From positions 63,524 through 127,523 of the forward strand of contig JAGWIK010000001.1 in assembly GCA_028866275.1 (NCBI GenBank): a stretch of DNA of 64,000 bases, given 5' to 3'. Shown in pieces: positions 17,873 to 28,332 of this stretch (positions within the stretch are counted from its first letter, which is position 1; every line of letters starts with the position of its first letter). Below the pieces are notes generated by a model that did no database searches, was not told the DNA's origin, and worked only from the letters and a program-made list of their open reading frames with translations. A program made the position numbers and the translations under genes. The stretch is from Alphaproteobacteria bacterium. Its GTDB lineage: Bacteria > Pseudomonadota > Alphaproteobacteria > UBA9219.

Positions 17873-20724
17873 GCGTCGCCGCTTTCCGTGCTGCGGCCCC
17901 ATTCGGCCATGCGCGACAAATGGGCGTAGTCGTTATAATCGGGTTGCCATCGCGGGCGCGGTACCGCTTCATAAGGCGTGGCGGCGTCGGCGAATGTGGC
18001 GGCCAGTTTTTTCAATCCCGCTTCGGCTTTCGCCTGCATATCGGCGATATGTTCGTCGAAGATATTTATCTTGAAGCCGCCGCGCCCGCCTTTTAACGCC
18101 CAATATTCCATCGTGCCGATCGCGGCGGGGGCGACATTGTCGAATCCGTGGCGCTGGGCCATCAGGGCCAGCAACGGCAATTGCGGTTCAAGGCCGGACT
18201 CCACATCTTTGGCGGCCGGCACGCCGCCGGTTTTGTAATCGATGATCGACAAGGCGCCATCCGGCGCGCGGTCGATGCGATCGACGCGGCCTTTCAGCAA
18301 GATGCCGCCGACCGCCACGCGGCCCGACCTTTCCACGGCGACGGACGTGATCCCGCTCATGCGGCGCGCGCGTTCATGCGCCACGAACCATGTCGCGATA
18401 TCGACAAAGCGCGCCCACCAAAAAGCCTGCACGCGGGCATCGCCCCGTTTTTCGGCAAAGATGCCGCGCCCTATATCCAGCAAACGCGGCAACGCATCAT
18501 CCGGCATGCCGGCCGGACAGGCGCGCATGAATTTTTCCAGCGCGGCGTGAATCATATTGCCGCGATCGGCGGCGTCGGGTTCGGCATCCAGCTCGTCAAG
18601 CTTGCGCAAGCCCAGAATGTGCCGCGCATAAATGGCATAAGGGTTGCGCAACCACGTGCCGATTTCGGTGACGGATAATGCCGTGGGGCGTGTCGCCACC
18701 GGCGGGCGCGGCTGCGGGCGCGGGCAGGGCGCAATCTTTTCCGGCCTGTCGATATCTTGCGCCCATGCCTGCCACGGCTCGCGCGGGGCCAAAGGATCCT
18801 TGCCGTCGCCCAGGCCCGCCGCGCGCAGCACCGCGTCGATATGCAACAGGAACCGCGATGCCGTCGTCGGCGTGCCGCCGCTGCGCATCGACCGGGTGAT
18901 GAAAACCTGCGGCGCGCAGGCCAGATGGGCGAAATCATGCGCCGACAGCCCGATGCGGAATTCGGGCGACGGCAGGCCAAAAGATTTGCGCATGGGCCGC
19001 GACATCCACGGATCGAATCCGGCATCGGGCGGCCACACGCCTTCATTCATGCCGCCCAGAATGACAAGATCGGCGCCGATCAACCGCGCTTCCAGCGGCC
19101 CGAGAATGGCCAGACGCGGATGCGTCGAAGCCGCCGTGCGCACGGTCTTGGCGTTGGCCAGCGTATCGAACAGGCCCGCATAATCATCGCCGTCCAGCGC
19201 GGGAAAATCGCGCGCCGCGTCGCGCCATTCGTCAAGCCACGCCGCGGCGGCGTCGCCCGCGTCGCCATACCACAAACGCGCCGCGCCGCTTTCGCTGTCC
19301 GATGCCGCGATTGCCTGCGCCACGGCGATATGCGTGTCGATGCGCTGCGCCAACGGCGCATGATCCCGCCACAGGCCGGTCAGGGGGCGCAGCAAGGTGC
19401 GGATCGCGGCAAAATCCTCGACGCCGTCATTGCGTAAATTGACCTCGCCCGCGCGCGCGGCATCGCGGCACGCGGCCGGATGCATGCCGCAGGCGGCCAA
19501 CGGATGTTTCAACAAAGCCAGAATATCGACCGCGCCGGCATGCGGCGCGGCGGCAGCCAGAACAAGGTTCAAAAACACGCCGGGCGGCGTCACGGCCAAC
19601 GACGCGCCGCCGGAATCGTCAACTTCTATATGCCATCGCCGCAGTTGCGCGGCCACGCGCGCCGCCAACCCGCGATCTGCCGTGACCAACGCCGCCGTGC
19701 CGTGCGGCGTTTCCACAAAGGCCCGCAGGCGCAACGCGATGGCTTGCGCTTCTTCATGCGGGTGGTCGAGCGTCAACCGTTCCAGACCCGCCGTGCCGTC
19801 GGCGGTCAACGCGCCGCGCAGATCGCGCCATGTTTCGGTCAAGGCCGCCGGACGCATCGCCTCGTTAATCAACAGCACGCGCGGCGACGCGGGCGCGGCA
19901 TCGCCCCAATTTTGCACCGCGCGGCGATCGACGTCCATTTTTTGCAACAGCCTTTTCATGCTGTGCTGCGGATGGGTGTCGCCGACTTCGTCCCAGGCGT
20001 CATTCTCCATCGACCGGTCGAGACCGGGCAGGATGACCGCGCCGCGCGGCAAGCCGGCGATGACATCCAGCAAATCGGCGGTCGCGGGCACGGATCCCGT
20101 CGATCCGGCGGCAATGACGGCATGAACGGGCGGTTGCCGCCGCCACATATCGGCTTGCGCCTGCAACACGGCATTGCGCCGCGCCGCAGGGTCGACACAG
20201 CCTTCGGCGGCCAGAATGCCGGGCCAGAACTGCGTAACGATGTGCAAAAATTCGATCGTCTGTTCCCAATGCGCGGCCAATTCGCGTTCTTTGACCAGTT
20301 CCGGCAATCTGCCGATATCGCATCGTTCGATCTGTATCTGGTCAAGAAACCGCGCCAGCGCGTCGGCGGCCTGCGCGGCCTGATCGTACGACAACGACGG
20401 GTCGCGGCGTTGCACCTGCTGCGTCAACAGCATCAGCCTTTTCATCGCGGGAATGGCGGGCGGCACGTCGATGCCGGCGGCGTCGGCGAACGCCATATCG
20501 TCTTCATCGATGTCGCCCAAAGGCTGCAGGCGCGGCAATAAAACGGGCTTGCCCTGCGCCAGCCGCGCGAAAGCTTCGCCCAAATGGCGGCAGGCGCGCC
20601 GCGTCGGCAACAGCACCAGCGTATCCGCCATATCCAGCCCGCCGCCGCCATGCCGCCGTACAATTTCACGCGCCAGCGTGTCCAGAAACGGCAATTGCGG
20701 ATCGATGGTGAAGACGTTCTTCAC
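17869..20724 (-). CDS. addB: Double-strand break repair protein AddB
   Basis: LLPTRRA, AAGSTGSVPAT, GPLEARL, PYAIYAR and RVDRID...IDYKTG motifs; GTG start overlaps the murU stop. Confidence 0.95.
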   Translation of the reverse strand: MKNVFTIDPQLPFLDTLAREIVRRHGGGGLDMADTLVLLPTRRACRHLGEAFARLAQGKPVLLPRLQPLGDIDEDDMAFADAAGIDVPPAIPAMKRLMLLTQQVQRRDPSLSYDQAAQAADALARFLDQIQIERCDIGRLPELVKERELAAHWEQTIEFLHIVTQFWPGILAAEGCVDPAARRNAVLQAQADMWRRQPPVHAVIAAGSTGSVPATADLLDVIAGLPRGAVILPGLDRSMENDAWDEVGDTHPQHSMKRLLQKMDVDRRAVQNWGDAAPASPRVLLINEAMRPAALTETWRDLRGALTADGTAGLERLTLDHPHEEAQAIALRLRAFVETPHGTAALVTADRGLAARVAAQLRRWHIEVDDSGGASLAVTPPGVFLNLVLAAAAPHAGAVDILALLKHPLAACGMHPAACRDAARAGEVNLRNDGVEDFAAIRTLLRPLTGLWRDHAPLAQRIDTHIAVAQAIAASDSESGAARLWYGDAGDAAAAWLDEWRDAARDFPALDGDDYAGLFDTLANAKTVRTAASTHPRLAILGPLEARLIGADLVILGGMNEGVWPPDAGFDPWMSRPMRKSFGLPSPEFRIGLSAHDFAHLACAPQVFITRSMRSGGTPTTASRFLLHIDAVLRAAGLGDGKDPLAPREPWQAWAQDIDRPEKIAPCPRPQPRPPVATRPTALSVTEIGTWLRNPYAIYARHILGLRKLDELDAEPDAADRGNMIHAALEKFMRACPAGMPDDALPRLLDIGRGIFAEKRGDARVQAFWWARFVDIATWFVAHERARRMSGITSVAVERSGRVAVGGILLKGRVDRIDRAPDGALSIIDYKTGGVPAAKDVESGLEPQLPLLALMAQRHGFDNVAPAAIGTMEYWALKGGRGGFKINIFDEHIADMQAKAEAGLKKLAATFADAATPYEAVPRPRWQPDYNDYAHLSRMAEWGRSTESGDA

Positions 20725-21461
20725 GCGCCCGTCCCCCATCCCTGGCCCGACGCCAGCAGATCATTGGCGATGCGCCAATCTTCGGGCGTGCCGACATGAT
20801 AACACGCGCCGTCATGGCCGACGCCGTAAAGCCGGTTGCGCGACTCGGCAATGTCCCAGACGTAATTGTTGGAAAAAACCTTGCCGGGCGGCGCGGCGAA
20901 CAAGGCGGGGTTTACGATCTGCGCACCGATGTAAACAAAGGGGCGCGGCTGGGGCAGATCGCGGCGCCAGATGCGGCCGCCGGACTCCATCGCGTAATCG
21001 CCTTTGTCCGGGGAAAAGCCGCGCGCCTTCTCGCGGCGCATCAACAACAACAGCGCGTCCATTTTATCGGCGTCCCACGCCTGCCGCATGCGCGTCAGGC
21101 TCGGCACCGGCCCGTCGATCCACGGCAAATCGGCATTCAACGCGAAAAACGGCTTGTCCCCGAACAATGGCAGGACGTTGGCAATGCCGCCGCCGGTATC
21201 AAGCAATTCGCTTTCGCGCGACATGACAATTTCGATATCGCGGCGGTTCTTCAGATGCGCGTCGATCTGTTCGGCCAGATAAAACGTATTGACCACGGCG
21301 CGCCGCACGCCGGCGGCGACCAATTTGTCGAGCGCGTGGTCGAGCATCGTACGCCCGCCCACCAGTTGCAAAGGTTTGGGTTTGTCCAATGTCATGGGGC
21401 GCATGCGCGTGCCGAGACCGGCGGCCAGAACCATCGCAGTGGGGGAAATTTTTTCCGTCAT
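20721..21461 (-). CDS. murU: Nucleotidyltransferase (MurNAc-1-phosphate uridylyltransferase-like)
   Basis: LAAGLGTRMRP...PKPL and LLDTGGG motifs; amgK-murU-addB-addA synteny. Confidence 0.88.
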   Translation of the reverse strand: MTEKISPTAMVLAAGLGTRMRPMTLDKPKPLQLVGGRTMLDHALDKLVAAGVRRAVVNTFYLAEQIDAHLKNRRDIEIVMSRESELLDTGGGIANVLPLFGDKPFFALNADLPWIDGPVPSLTRMRQAWDADKMDALLLLMRREKARGFSPDKGDYAMESGGRIWRRDLPQPRPFVYIGAQIVNPALFAAPPGKVFSNNYVWDIAESRNRLYGVGHDGACYHVGTPEDWRIANDLLASGQGWGTGA

Positions 21462-22450
21462 AGCGCGCTCGCGCTTTCCATCCATCGCCGCACCGGCAAT
21501 AAATATGGCTGCGCCAGAATGTGCGTCAGATGCCGCCGGACGCGGGGGATAAAATCCAGCAAATCGGCGCGGCCGCGCGTCACCGACGTGCGCGCCAGAT
21601 TGCCAAGAATGCGCGTATGGCGTTGCGCCGACAATATCGTGCAGGCGCGCATCAAGTCGCCGCGCGGCACATCGCCGCGCCCTGCGTCGATATAATGGTC
21701 GACAATGTCGGGCATATGCGCAAACGCGCCGTCGTGACGCACTTCCTCGCATAACGAGGCGAGGTCATAGGCGATGCAGCCAACGCCTGCATCCTGAAAA
21801 TCCAGAACACCCAACGCGCCGTCCGGCAATTCCATCAAATTGCCGGGCATGAAATCGCGCAAGACAAGGCTCGTCGCCATTTTTTCCAGCGGCTCCAGCA
21901 CGGCCCGCCACGCGGCGCGAAAATCGTCGCGCTCGCTGTCGGTGGCGTCCCTGTGTCGGGCATAGGGAATATAGGAATCCAGAAACCATTCGGCTTGCTG
22001 TACGAAATAATCGGTATTCATGACCGGCAGGCCGCCCGCGTCCGCCTTCCCGAACCGTTCGTGCAGGCGCGCCAGCATTTCCGCGCCGCGCCGCAGGAAC
22101 GGCGTCATATCCGCGCCCGCGCCGATCAGGGCGCCGACATTGCGCGCGCCGAAATCTTCCATCAGAACCATGCCGTGTTCGGCGTCGGCGGCATAAATAT
22201 CGGGCACGCGAACGCCGCATCGCCGCAAAATGGCTGCAACCGCGACGAACGCGGGCGTTTTCTGATTCGCGTCGGCATCCATCAGAATCGCCGTCGCGCC
22301 CCCGTCCCGTGTCAGGCGGGCATAACGCCGGGGGGAAAAATCGCCGTCGAATCCCTGCGCTGTCGCGGCCCCCCAGCCGGCACGGTCGAGAAAGGCCGTA
22401 ATTTCCAGCGGGCGGGCGACAGTCGGGCGTGGCGTGGCGGTCGAAGGCAT
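21458..22450 (-). CDS. amgK: Aminoglycoside phosphotransferase-family anomeric MurNAc/GlcNAc kinase
   Basis: GDFSPRRYARL, MEDFG, LRDFMPGNLM, LDFQDA and YDLASL motifs. Confidence 0.85.
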   Translation of the reverse strand: MPSTATPRPTVARPLEITAFLDRAGWGAATAQGFDGDFSPRRYARLTRDGGATAILMDADANQKTPAFVAVAAILRRCGVRVPDIYAADAEHGMVLMEDFGARNVGALIGAGADMTPFLRRGAEMLARLHERFGKADAGGLPVMNTDYFVQQAEWFLDSYIPYARHRDATDSERDDFRAAWRAVLEPLEKMATSLVLRDFMPGNLMELPDGALGVLDFQDAGVGCIAYDLASLCEEVRHDGAFAHMPDIVDHYIDAGRGDVPRGDLMRACTILSAQRHTRILGNLARTSVTRGRADLLDFIPRVRRHLTHILAQPYLLPVRRWMESASAL

Positions 22451-22469
22451 GAAGAGATTAACTTAATCC

Positions 22470-24866
22470 TTGTGCGGCATGACGTTATCTCATAGCCTGT
22501 CGTCCGCTTCGATTCAATTCGGGATTTTGTTCGTGCGATTCCTGCGCCCCCTTCGTGTTACCTTGTGCAGCGGTCTGGCCTTGTGTCTGGCGACGGCGCC
22601 TGCCGCCGCTTTCATGCAGCCGGTGACCGCGGCCGCGCAGGCCCAGGCCGGCGCCCAATCCGACGTGATTCAGTCGATCCGCGTCGAAGGCACCGAACGC
22701 ATCGAACCGGAAACCGTTATCTCGTACCTTAATCTTAACAAGGGCGACGACGCGACGCCCGACAAAATCAACGCCGCGCTGAAATCGCTTTATGCCACCG
22801 GCCTGTTCGGCAATATTTCGCTGGCTATGGATAACGGCACGCTGGTCGTCCATGTCGCGGAAAACCCGGTTCTCGACCGCGTGACCTTCGAAGGCAACGA
22901 CGCCATTTCCAAGGACGATCTTGAAAAAGAGGTCCAGCTCAAAGCGCGCATGGTCTATACGCTGCCGCGCGTGCAGCGCGATGTGCAGCGCATTCTCGAT
23001 CTTTACCGGAAATCGGGGCGTTTTGCCGCGACGGTCGACCCGAAAATCGTCAAACTGCCGCAAAACCGCGTCGATCTGGTATTTGAAATCCACGAAGGCG
23101 ACCGTACCGGCGTGCGCAGCATCGACTTCATCGGCAACAACCATTTCAGCGCCAGCGATTTGCGCGAAGTCATCAGCACGCGCGAAACCGCGTGGTGGCG
23201 GTTTTTTTCCTCGACCGATTATTACGATCCCGACCGGATGAATTACGACAAGGAATTGCTGCGCCGCTTTTACCTGAATGCGGGGTATGTCGATTTCCGC
23301 GTGGTGTCGGCGGTGGCGGAACTGACGCCCGACCGCAACGATTTCTTCGTGACATTCTCGCTTGATGAAGGCCCGCGCTATAAATTCGGCAAGATCACGA
23401 TCGACAGCAAGATCAAGGGGCTCGATGCCGCCACGCTGCGGCAATATCTCGACGTGCATCAGGGTGACTGGTACAGCGCGGACAAGATCGAAAAATCGAT
23501 CGCCAAAATGATGGCGGCGCTGGGCGACCATCAATATGCTTTCGCGACCGTCGTGCCCAATCCCGACCGGCATAAGGATACCCATACCGTCGATTTGAAT
23601 TTCACGATCAAGCAGGGCGCGCGCGTCTTCGTCGGGCGCATCAATATCAACGGCAACACCAATACGGTCGACAAGGTTATCCGCCGGCAAATGCTGCTGG
23701 CCGAAGGCGATCCGTTCAACGCTACCGCGCTGCATAAATCGGAACAGAATCTCAAAGATCTCGGTTTCTTCTCCGACGTCAAGGTCAAACCCGTCGACGG
23801 CGCGCAGCCCGACCGCGCCAATATCGACGTCGATGTGAAGGAAAAATCGACCGGCGAAGTGATGATCGGTGCCGGCTATTCGTCGACCGACGGGCCTTTG
23901 GGCGATTTCAGCATCAGCCAGCATAATTTCATGGGGCAGGGCGAAGACGCGCGCATTGGCGCCACGGTTTCCGGCCTGACCAAGCAAATCGATACCAGCT
24001 TTACCGATCCGTATTTCCTCGACCGCAACCTGTCGGCGGGCGTCGATTTATATGCCAGCCAGTCCGATTATCAGGTTTACAGCTCGTATAACGTCAACAG
24101 CGCGGGCGCGACGTTCCATGTGGGCTATCCGCTGTCCGATGAAATCCGCCAACGCCTGAATTACAGTTTCCACGGCGACCAGATTCTGAACGTGCCGTCG
24201 ACGGCGTCGCTGTACATCATCGATCAGGCGGGCACGACCACGACGTCGTCCGTGGGCCAGACCCTGACCTATGACACGCGCGACAGCAAGCTCAACCCCA
24301 CGCTGGGCTTTATCACCCATCTGGATACCGACATTGCGGGCGCGGGCGGTTCGCGCAAATGGTTCCGCGTCAAGGTTGGCGGCACGCAATATTACCCGAT
24401 CGCCGACAAATGGATTATCAGCGGCACGGCCGAAGCCGGCCAGATCTGGGGGCTGGACGGCCCGACCAAGCTGAACGAACGTTTCTTCCTCGGCGGCGAC
24501 ACGCTGCGCGGTTTCCAATATGCCGGCATCGGGCCGCGCGATCTCAGCAGCCCCTATCAGGACGCGCTGGGCGGCACGCAATTCGCGCGCGGCACGGTCG
24601 ATCTGGGCATGCCGACGCCCTTGCCCGAAGAATTCGGCATCCGCGCCCATCTGTTTTCCGACGTGGGCATGCTGGGCCGGTCGGACGAAACGCCGATCCC
24701 GGGCGATACCATCGCCAACGACTCCTCGCTGCATCTCAGCGCGGGCGTCGGCATTACGTGGGATTCGCCGTTCGGCCCCATCCGGCTCGACTATGCCGAA
24801 CCGATCATTTACAAATCCTACGATCTTATCCAGCACGTGAATTTCAGCTTCGGGACAAAGTTCTGA
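22470..24866 (+). CDS. bamA: Outer membrane protein assembly factor (exact start uncertain, possibly GTG at 22533)
   Basis: POTRA repeats (VEGTERIE, LYATGLF), LRGF loop motif, SPFGPIRLD, terminal Phe. Confidence 0.96.
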   Translation: MCGMTLSHSLSSASIQFGILFVRFLRPLRVTLCSGLALCLATAPAAAFMQPVTAAAQAQAGAQSDVIQSIRVEGTERIEPETVISYLNLNKGDDATPDKINAALKSLYATGLFGNISLAMDNGTLVVHVAENPVLDRVTFEGNDAISKDDLEKEVQLKARMVYTLPRVQRDVQRILDLYRKSGRFAATVDPKIVKLPQNRVDLVFEIHEGDRTGVRSIDFIGNNHFSASDLREVISTRETAWWRFFSSTDYYDPDRMNYDKELLRRFYLNAGYVDFRVVSAVAELTPDRNDFFVTFSLDEGPRYKFGKITIDSKIKGLDAATLRQYLDVHQGDWYSADKIEKSIAKMMAALGDHQYAFATVVPNPDRHKDTHTVDLNFTIKQGARVFVGRININGNTNTVDKVIRRQMLLAEGDPFNATALHKSEQNLKDLGFFSDVKVKPVDGAQPDRANIDVDVKEKSTGEVMIGAGYSSTDGPLGDFSISQHNFMGQGEDARIGATVSGLTKQIDTSFTDPYFLDRNLSAGVDLYASQSDYQVYSSYNVNSAGATFHVGYPLSDEIRQRLNYSFHGDQILNVPSTASLYIIDQAGTTTTSSVGQTLTYDTRDSKLNPTLGFITHLDTDIAGAGGSRKWFRVKVGGTQYYPIADKWIISGTAEAGQIWGLDGPTKLNERFFLGGDTLRGFQYAGIGPRDLSSPYQDALGGTQFARGTVDLGMPTPLPEEFGIRAHLFSDVGMLGRSDETPIPGDTIANDSSLHLSAGVGITWDSPFGPIRLDYAEPIIYKSYDLIQHVNFSFGTKF

Positions 24867-24890
24867 CCCTGTCGGGAATGGAGGCTTTCC

Positions 24891-25508
24891 ATGCGCTTTT
24901 TCACCATATGCGCCGTGTTGCTGGCCGCCGTGCCGGTGGTCTTACCCGCCGTCGCGCGCGCCGCCGTCGACCCCGTCATCGCGCCCGCCGTGGGCAAATT
25001 GCCGCAACCCGTCATCGCCATCGTCGATATCCAACGCCTGCTGGAACAATCGCTGGCGGCCAAAAGCGTGCAGAAACAACTCGACGCCCAGCGCATGAAA
25101 TTTCAGGACGAAGTCGAAGTCGAGGAAAACGGCTTGCGCGCCGCCGAACAGGAACTGACCAAGGAACGCGACCACGTGTCGCCGCAAGCCTATGCCGACC
25201 ACGAACAAAAACTGCGCCAACGTTTCTCTACCGTGGAAAACCACGTGCAGGCGCGGCACAGCGTCCTCGACGCGGCTTACAGCGACGCCATGAATCAGGT
25301 GCACACCGCGTTGCTGGCCATTGTGGACAAAGTGGCGCACGAACACGGGGCCAACATCGTTATTCTGAAACAACAGGCTTTCTGGACGGATCAACCGCTT
25401 GACATCACCGGCGAAGTCCTCAAGGACCTCGATCAGAAACTGCCGAAAATAACCATAACCATGCCGCCGGAACCGGCATCGGCAAACACGCCGCCGGATC
25501 AGCCATGA
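24891..25508 (+). CDS. skp: OmpH/Skp family periplasmic chaperone
   Basis: Signal peptide, IAIVDIQRLL, coiled coil, DITGEVL; position after bamA. Confidence 0.85.
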   Translation: MRFFTICAVLLAAVPVVLPAVARAAVDPVIAPAVGKLPQPVIAIVDIQRLLEQSLAAKSVQKQLDAQRMKFQDEVEVEENGLRAAEQELTKERDHVSPQAYADHEQKLRQRFSTVENHVQARHSVLDAAYSDAMNQVHTALLAIVDKVAHEHGANIVILKQQAFWTDQPLDITGEVLKDLDQKLPKITITMPPEPASANTPPDQP

Positions 25509-26257
25509 CCGACGATATCCCCACCGCCGCCGCGCTGGTTATCGGCAACGAAATCCTGTCGGGCCGCACGGCCGACGCCAATCTGAACGCCATCGCCACG
25601 CGATTGACGGCGATCGGCGTGCCGCTGCGCGAAGCGCGCGTCGTGCCCGACATCCAATCGGAAATCGTCGCCGCGCTTAATGCGCTGCGCGCGCGTTATA
25701 CTTATGTCTTTACCACCGGCGGCATCGGGCCGACGCATGACGACATCACGGTCGACGCCGTGGCGGCGGCGTTCGGCGTGCCGGTCGTCGAAGACCCGCG
25801 CGCCCGCGCCTTGCTGGAACGTTACTACGGCGCGGAAAAACTGACGCCGGCGCGGTTGCGCATGGCGCGCGCGCCGGTAGGGGCCGACCTGATCGAAAAC
25901 CCTGTCAGCACCGCGCCGGGCATCAAAATCGGCAATGTCTATGTCATGGCCGGCGTGCCCAATATCATGCAGGCGATGATGGATGGCGTGGTGTTGACGT
26001 TGCGGCACGGCCCCGCCGTGCACAGCCTGACCATCTCGGGTTTTATGGCCGAAAGCGCGATTGCCGAAGATCTGGGCGCGATCGCCGCGCGTTATCCCCA
26101 TATCGATATAGGGTCATATCCCTGGGTGCGCGAAGGAAGATTCGGCACCGCTCTGGTCGCGCGCGGGACGGATGATGTCGCGGTCAAGGCGGCGGCTGCG
26201 GAAATTCTGGCGCTGGCGCGCGCCAAAGATCCGGCGGCGGCTATTTCGGCTGGCTAG
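25505..26257 (+). CDS. Molybdopterin-binding domain / CinA-like protein
   Basis: IGNEILSGRT, TTGGIGPTHDDIT and MAGVP motifs. Confidence 0.9.
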   Translation: MTDDIPTAAALVIGNEILSGRTADANLNAIATRLTAIGVPLREARVVPDIQSEIVAALNALRARYTYVFTTGGIGPTHDDITVDAVAAAFGVPVVEDPRARALLERYYGAEKLTPARLRMARAPVGADLIENPVSTAPGIKIGNVYVMAGVPNIMQAMMDGVVLTLRHGPAVHSLTISGFMAESAIAEDLGAIAARYPHIDIGSYPWVREGRFGTALVARGTDDVAVKAAAAEILALARAKDPAAAISAG

Positions 26258-26585
26258 ACGCGGGCGATGCCGGCGTCGTTTCCTGCGGCGCGGCGGGCGG
26301 GGATGCGGGCGTCGACGATCCTGCCGGTACAGGCTTGGCGGGTTCTACCGGCATCTTGAACGTCGCGGGCTGCATATTCTGCATCGCGTCCGGCAAGGCG
26401 AATAACGGATGCGGGCTGTCGGGCCCGACATTTTTATATATCAACGCAAGGCCGAGGAAAATGGCGACCCACAGCGCCATATTGCGCAAAATATGGCCGC
26501 GATTGAGCGCAAAGATATTGGGCGCGATGAAAATCAGCATCGCAATCGTCATCAGCGCGGACAAAATCATCGATGTATGCGACAT
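26241..26585 (-). CDS. Hypothetical membrane protein with a Pro-rich tail
   Basis: Two hydrophobic segments; GAGG RBS before MSHTS. Confidence 0.65.
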   Translation of the reverse strand: MSHTSMILSALMTIAMLIFIAPNIFALNRGHILRNMALWVAIFLGLALIYKNVGPDSPHPLFALPDAMQNMQPATFKMPVEPAKPVPAGSSTPASPPAAPQETTPASPASSQPK

Positions 26586-26687
26586 GGCGGCCTCTAAGGA
26601 TAAGGGAGTGCGCCCTTGAGAGCGGGGGCGGATCAAGGGTATAAGGAAGACGTGACGGTTTCAAGGCACAATCCGGGGATGTTATTC

Positions 26688-27815
26688 ATGCGTTTTGCCG
26701 CTTTATTTCTGCTCGCCGCGCTGGCGGCTTGCGCCATCGCCCCGCCCGCGCCGCGCGTGAATCTGCAACCCGTGTCGTTCGATGATCTCGACGGCTGGCG
26801 CGATGACGCGCCCGTTGCCGCACTGGCGGCGTTTCGGCATTCATGCCACGCCCTGATGCGCAAACCCGCCGCCGCGTTGCCGCATATCGAAGGGGTAAAG
26901 GCGGGTGACTGGCGCAGAACCTGCGCCGCGGCGCAGGATGTCGCCGCCACCGACGCCGCCGCCCGCGCTTTCTTCGAACGGTCGTTCCAGCCCTATGCCG
27001 TATCTGGCCCCGACGGCGCGGACGGGCTGTTTACCGGTTATTATGTGCCGGAATTGCGCGCGGCCCTGCATCGCGGCGGCGCGTTCCAAACCCCGCTTTA
27101 CGGCCGTCCCGGCGATCTGATCGCCGTCGATCTGGGGCTGTTCAAATCGACATTCAAGGGCCAGCATATCGTCGGCAAAGTCACGGGGCATGATTTGGTT
27201 CCCTATGACGACCGCGCCGCTATCGCCCGCGGGTCGTTGGCGAACCGCGCGCCGGTTCTGGCCTGGGTCGACGACCCCACGGATGCGTTCTTTCTGGAAA
27301 TTCAGGGATCGGGCCGGTTGCGCCTGACCGATGGTTCCGTTTTGTCGCTGGGCTATGACGGCGCGAACGGGCGCGATTATGTCGCCATCGGCCGCGTCAT
27401 GGCCGCGCGCGACGATATTGCGCGTCCGGTGACGATGAAGAAAATACGCGACTGGCTCGCCGCCCATCCGGCGCAGGCGCAAAATATGATGAACGCCAAT
27501 CCGTCTTATGTTTTCTTCCGCCGCCTGCCCGGCGACGACGTGTTCGGCGCCGAAGGCGTGGCCTTGACGCCGCGGCGCAGCCTCGCCGTCGACCCGGCCT
27601 TCATCCCGTTGGGCGCGCCGGTGTGGCTCGATACGTCCGACAGTACGGGGACGCCGTTCCGCCATTTAATGGTGGCGCAGGATACAGGCGGCGCGATCAA
27701 AGGCCCCGTGCGCGGCGACGTATTCTGGGGCGCGGGATCCGCAGCGGCCACACAGGCTGGCGCGATGCAAAGCCGCGGACGCTATGACCTCCTGCTGCCC
27801 AAAACAAATGAATGA
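26688..27815 (+). CDS. mltA: Membrane-bound lytic murein transglycosylase A
   Basis: Lipobox LAAC; FTGYY, IQGSG, NPSYVFF and QDTGGAIKG...DVFWG (3D domain) motifs. Confidence 0.95.
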   Translation: MRFAALFLLAALAACAIAPPAPRVNLQPVSFDDLDGWRDDAPVAALAAFRHSCHALMRKPAAALPHIEGVKAGDWRRTCAAAQDVAATDAAARAFFERSFQPYAVSGPDGADGLFTGYYVPELRAALHRGGAFQTPLYGRPGDLIAVDLGLFKSTFKGQHIVGKVTGHDLVPYDDRAAIARGSLANRAPVLAWVDDPTDAFFLEIQGSGRLRLTDGSVLSLGYDGANGRDYVAIGRVMAARDDIARPVTMKKIRDWLAAHPAQAQNMMNANPSYVFFRRLPGDDVFGAEGVALTPRRSLAVDPAFIPLGAPVWLDTSDSTGTPFRHLMVAQDTGGAIKGPVRGDVFWGAGSAAATQAGAMQSRGRYDLLLPKTNE

Positions 27816-28332
27816 CGACGCCAAAATATGGCAAGACTATGCGCGCCGCGTCACGCCGGTGGGAACGCGCAAAACGATAGCGGCCGCGAAAAAAACCGGT
27901 CAAAAGCCCGCGCGCGAAAGAACGGCGACAATAGCCGTGCCGGTTTTACGCGCCACGCTTGCCGCGCCGTTGGCGACGGCATCCGTGCTGGAACGCAAAC
28001 GCGAAAAATCCCTGCGCGACGGCAGCATGATCATCGACGCCACGCTCGACCTGCACGGCCTGACACAGGACGAAGCCTTCGACGCGCTGGCCCGCTTCAT
28101 GCGCCGCCATTGCCGCGCCGGACACCGGCATTTATTGATCGTCACGGGCAAAGGCAGCCAAAGCGGCAACCGGGGCGGGGGCGTGTTGCGCGCCAATCTG
28201 CGCGGCTGGCTGGAACAATTGCCGGAATCCGCGCGCATTCTGGCCTTGCGTCCGGCCTCGGCCCGCCATGGCGGCGGCGGCGCGTTTTATATTATTCTGC
28301 GCAAATCCCCTATTCCACGCGCCACGCATTGA
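27808..28332 (+). CDS. Smr/MutS2 domain protein
   Basis: LDLHG, IVTGKG and HGGGGAFY motifs; mltA-smr synteny. Confidence 0.9.
   Translation: MNDDAKIWQDYARRVTPVGTRKTIAAAKKTGQKPARERTATIAVPVLRATLAAPLATASVLERKREKSLRDGSMIIDATLDLHGLTQDEAFDALARFMRRHCRAGHRHLLIVTGKGSQSGNRGGGVLRANLRGWLEQLPESARILALRPASARHGGGGAFYIILRKSPIPRATH

Noticed and set aside
16526-24836. Long antisense ORFs (for example 16526-17929, 19480-20541, 22485-23987; also 11774-13000 and 52623-54122)
   Set aside because: They shadow well-supported genes on the opposite strand, as expected in high-GC DNA, and have no motifs or RBS.
26241-28332. Convergent 3' overlaps (26241-26257, 28310-28332; also 14480-14483)
   Set aside because: Short tail-to-tail overlaps are common in compact genomes.
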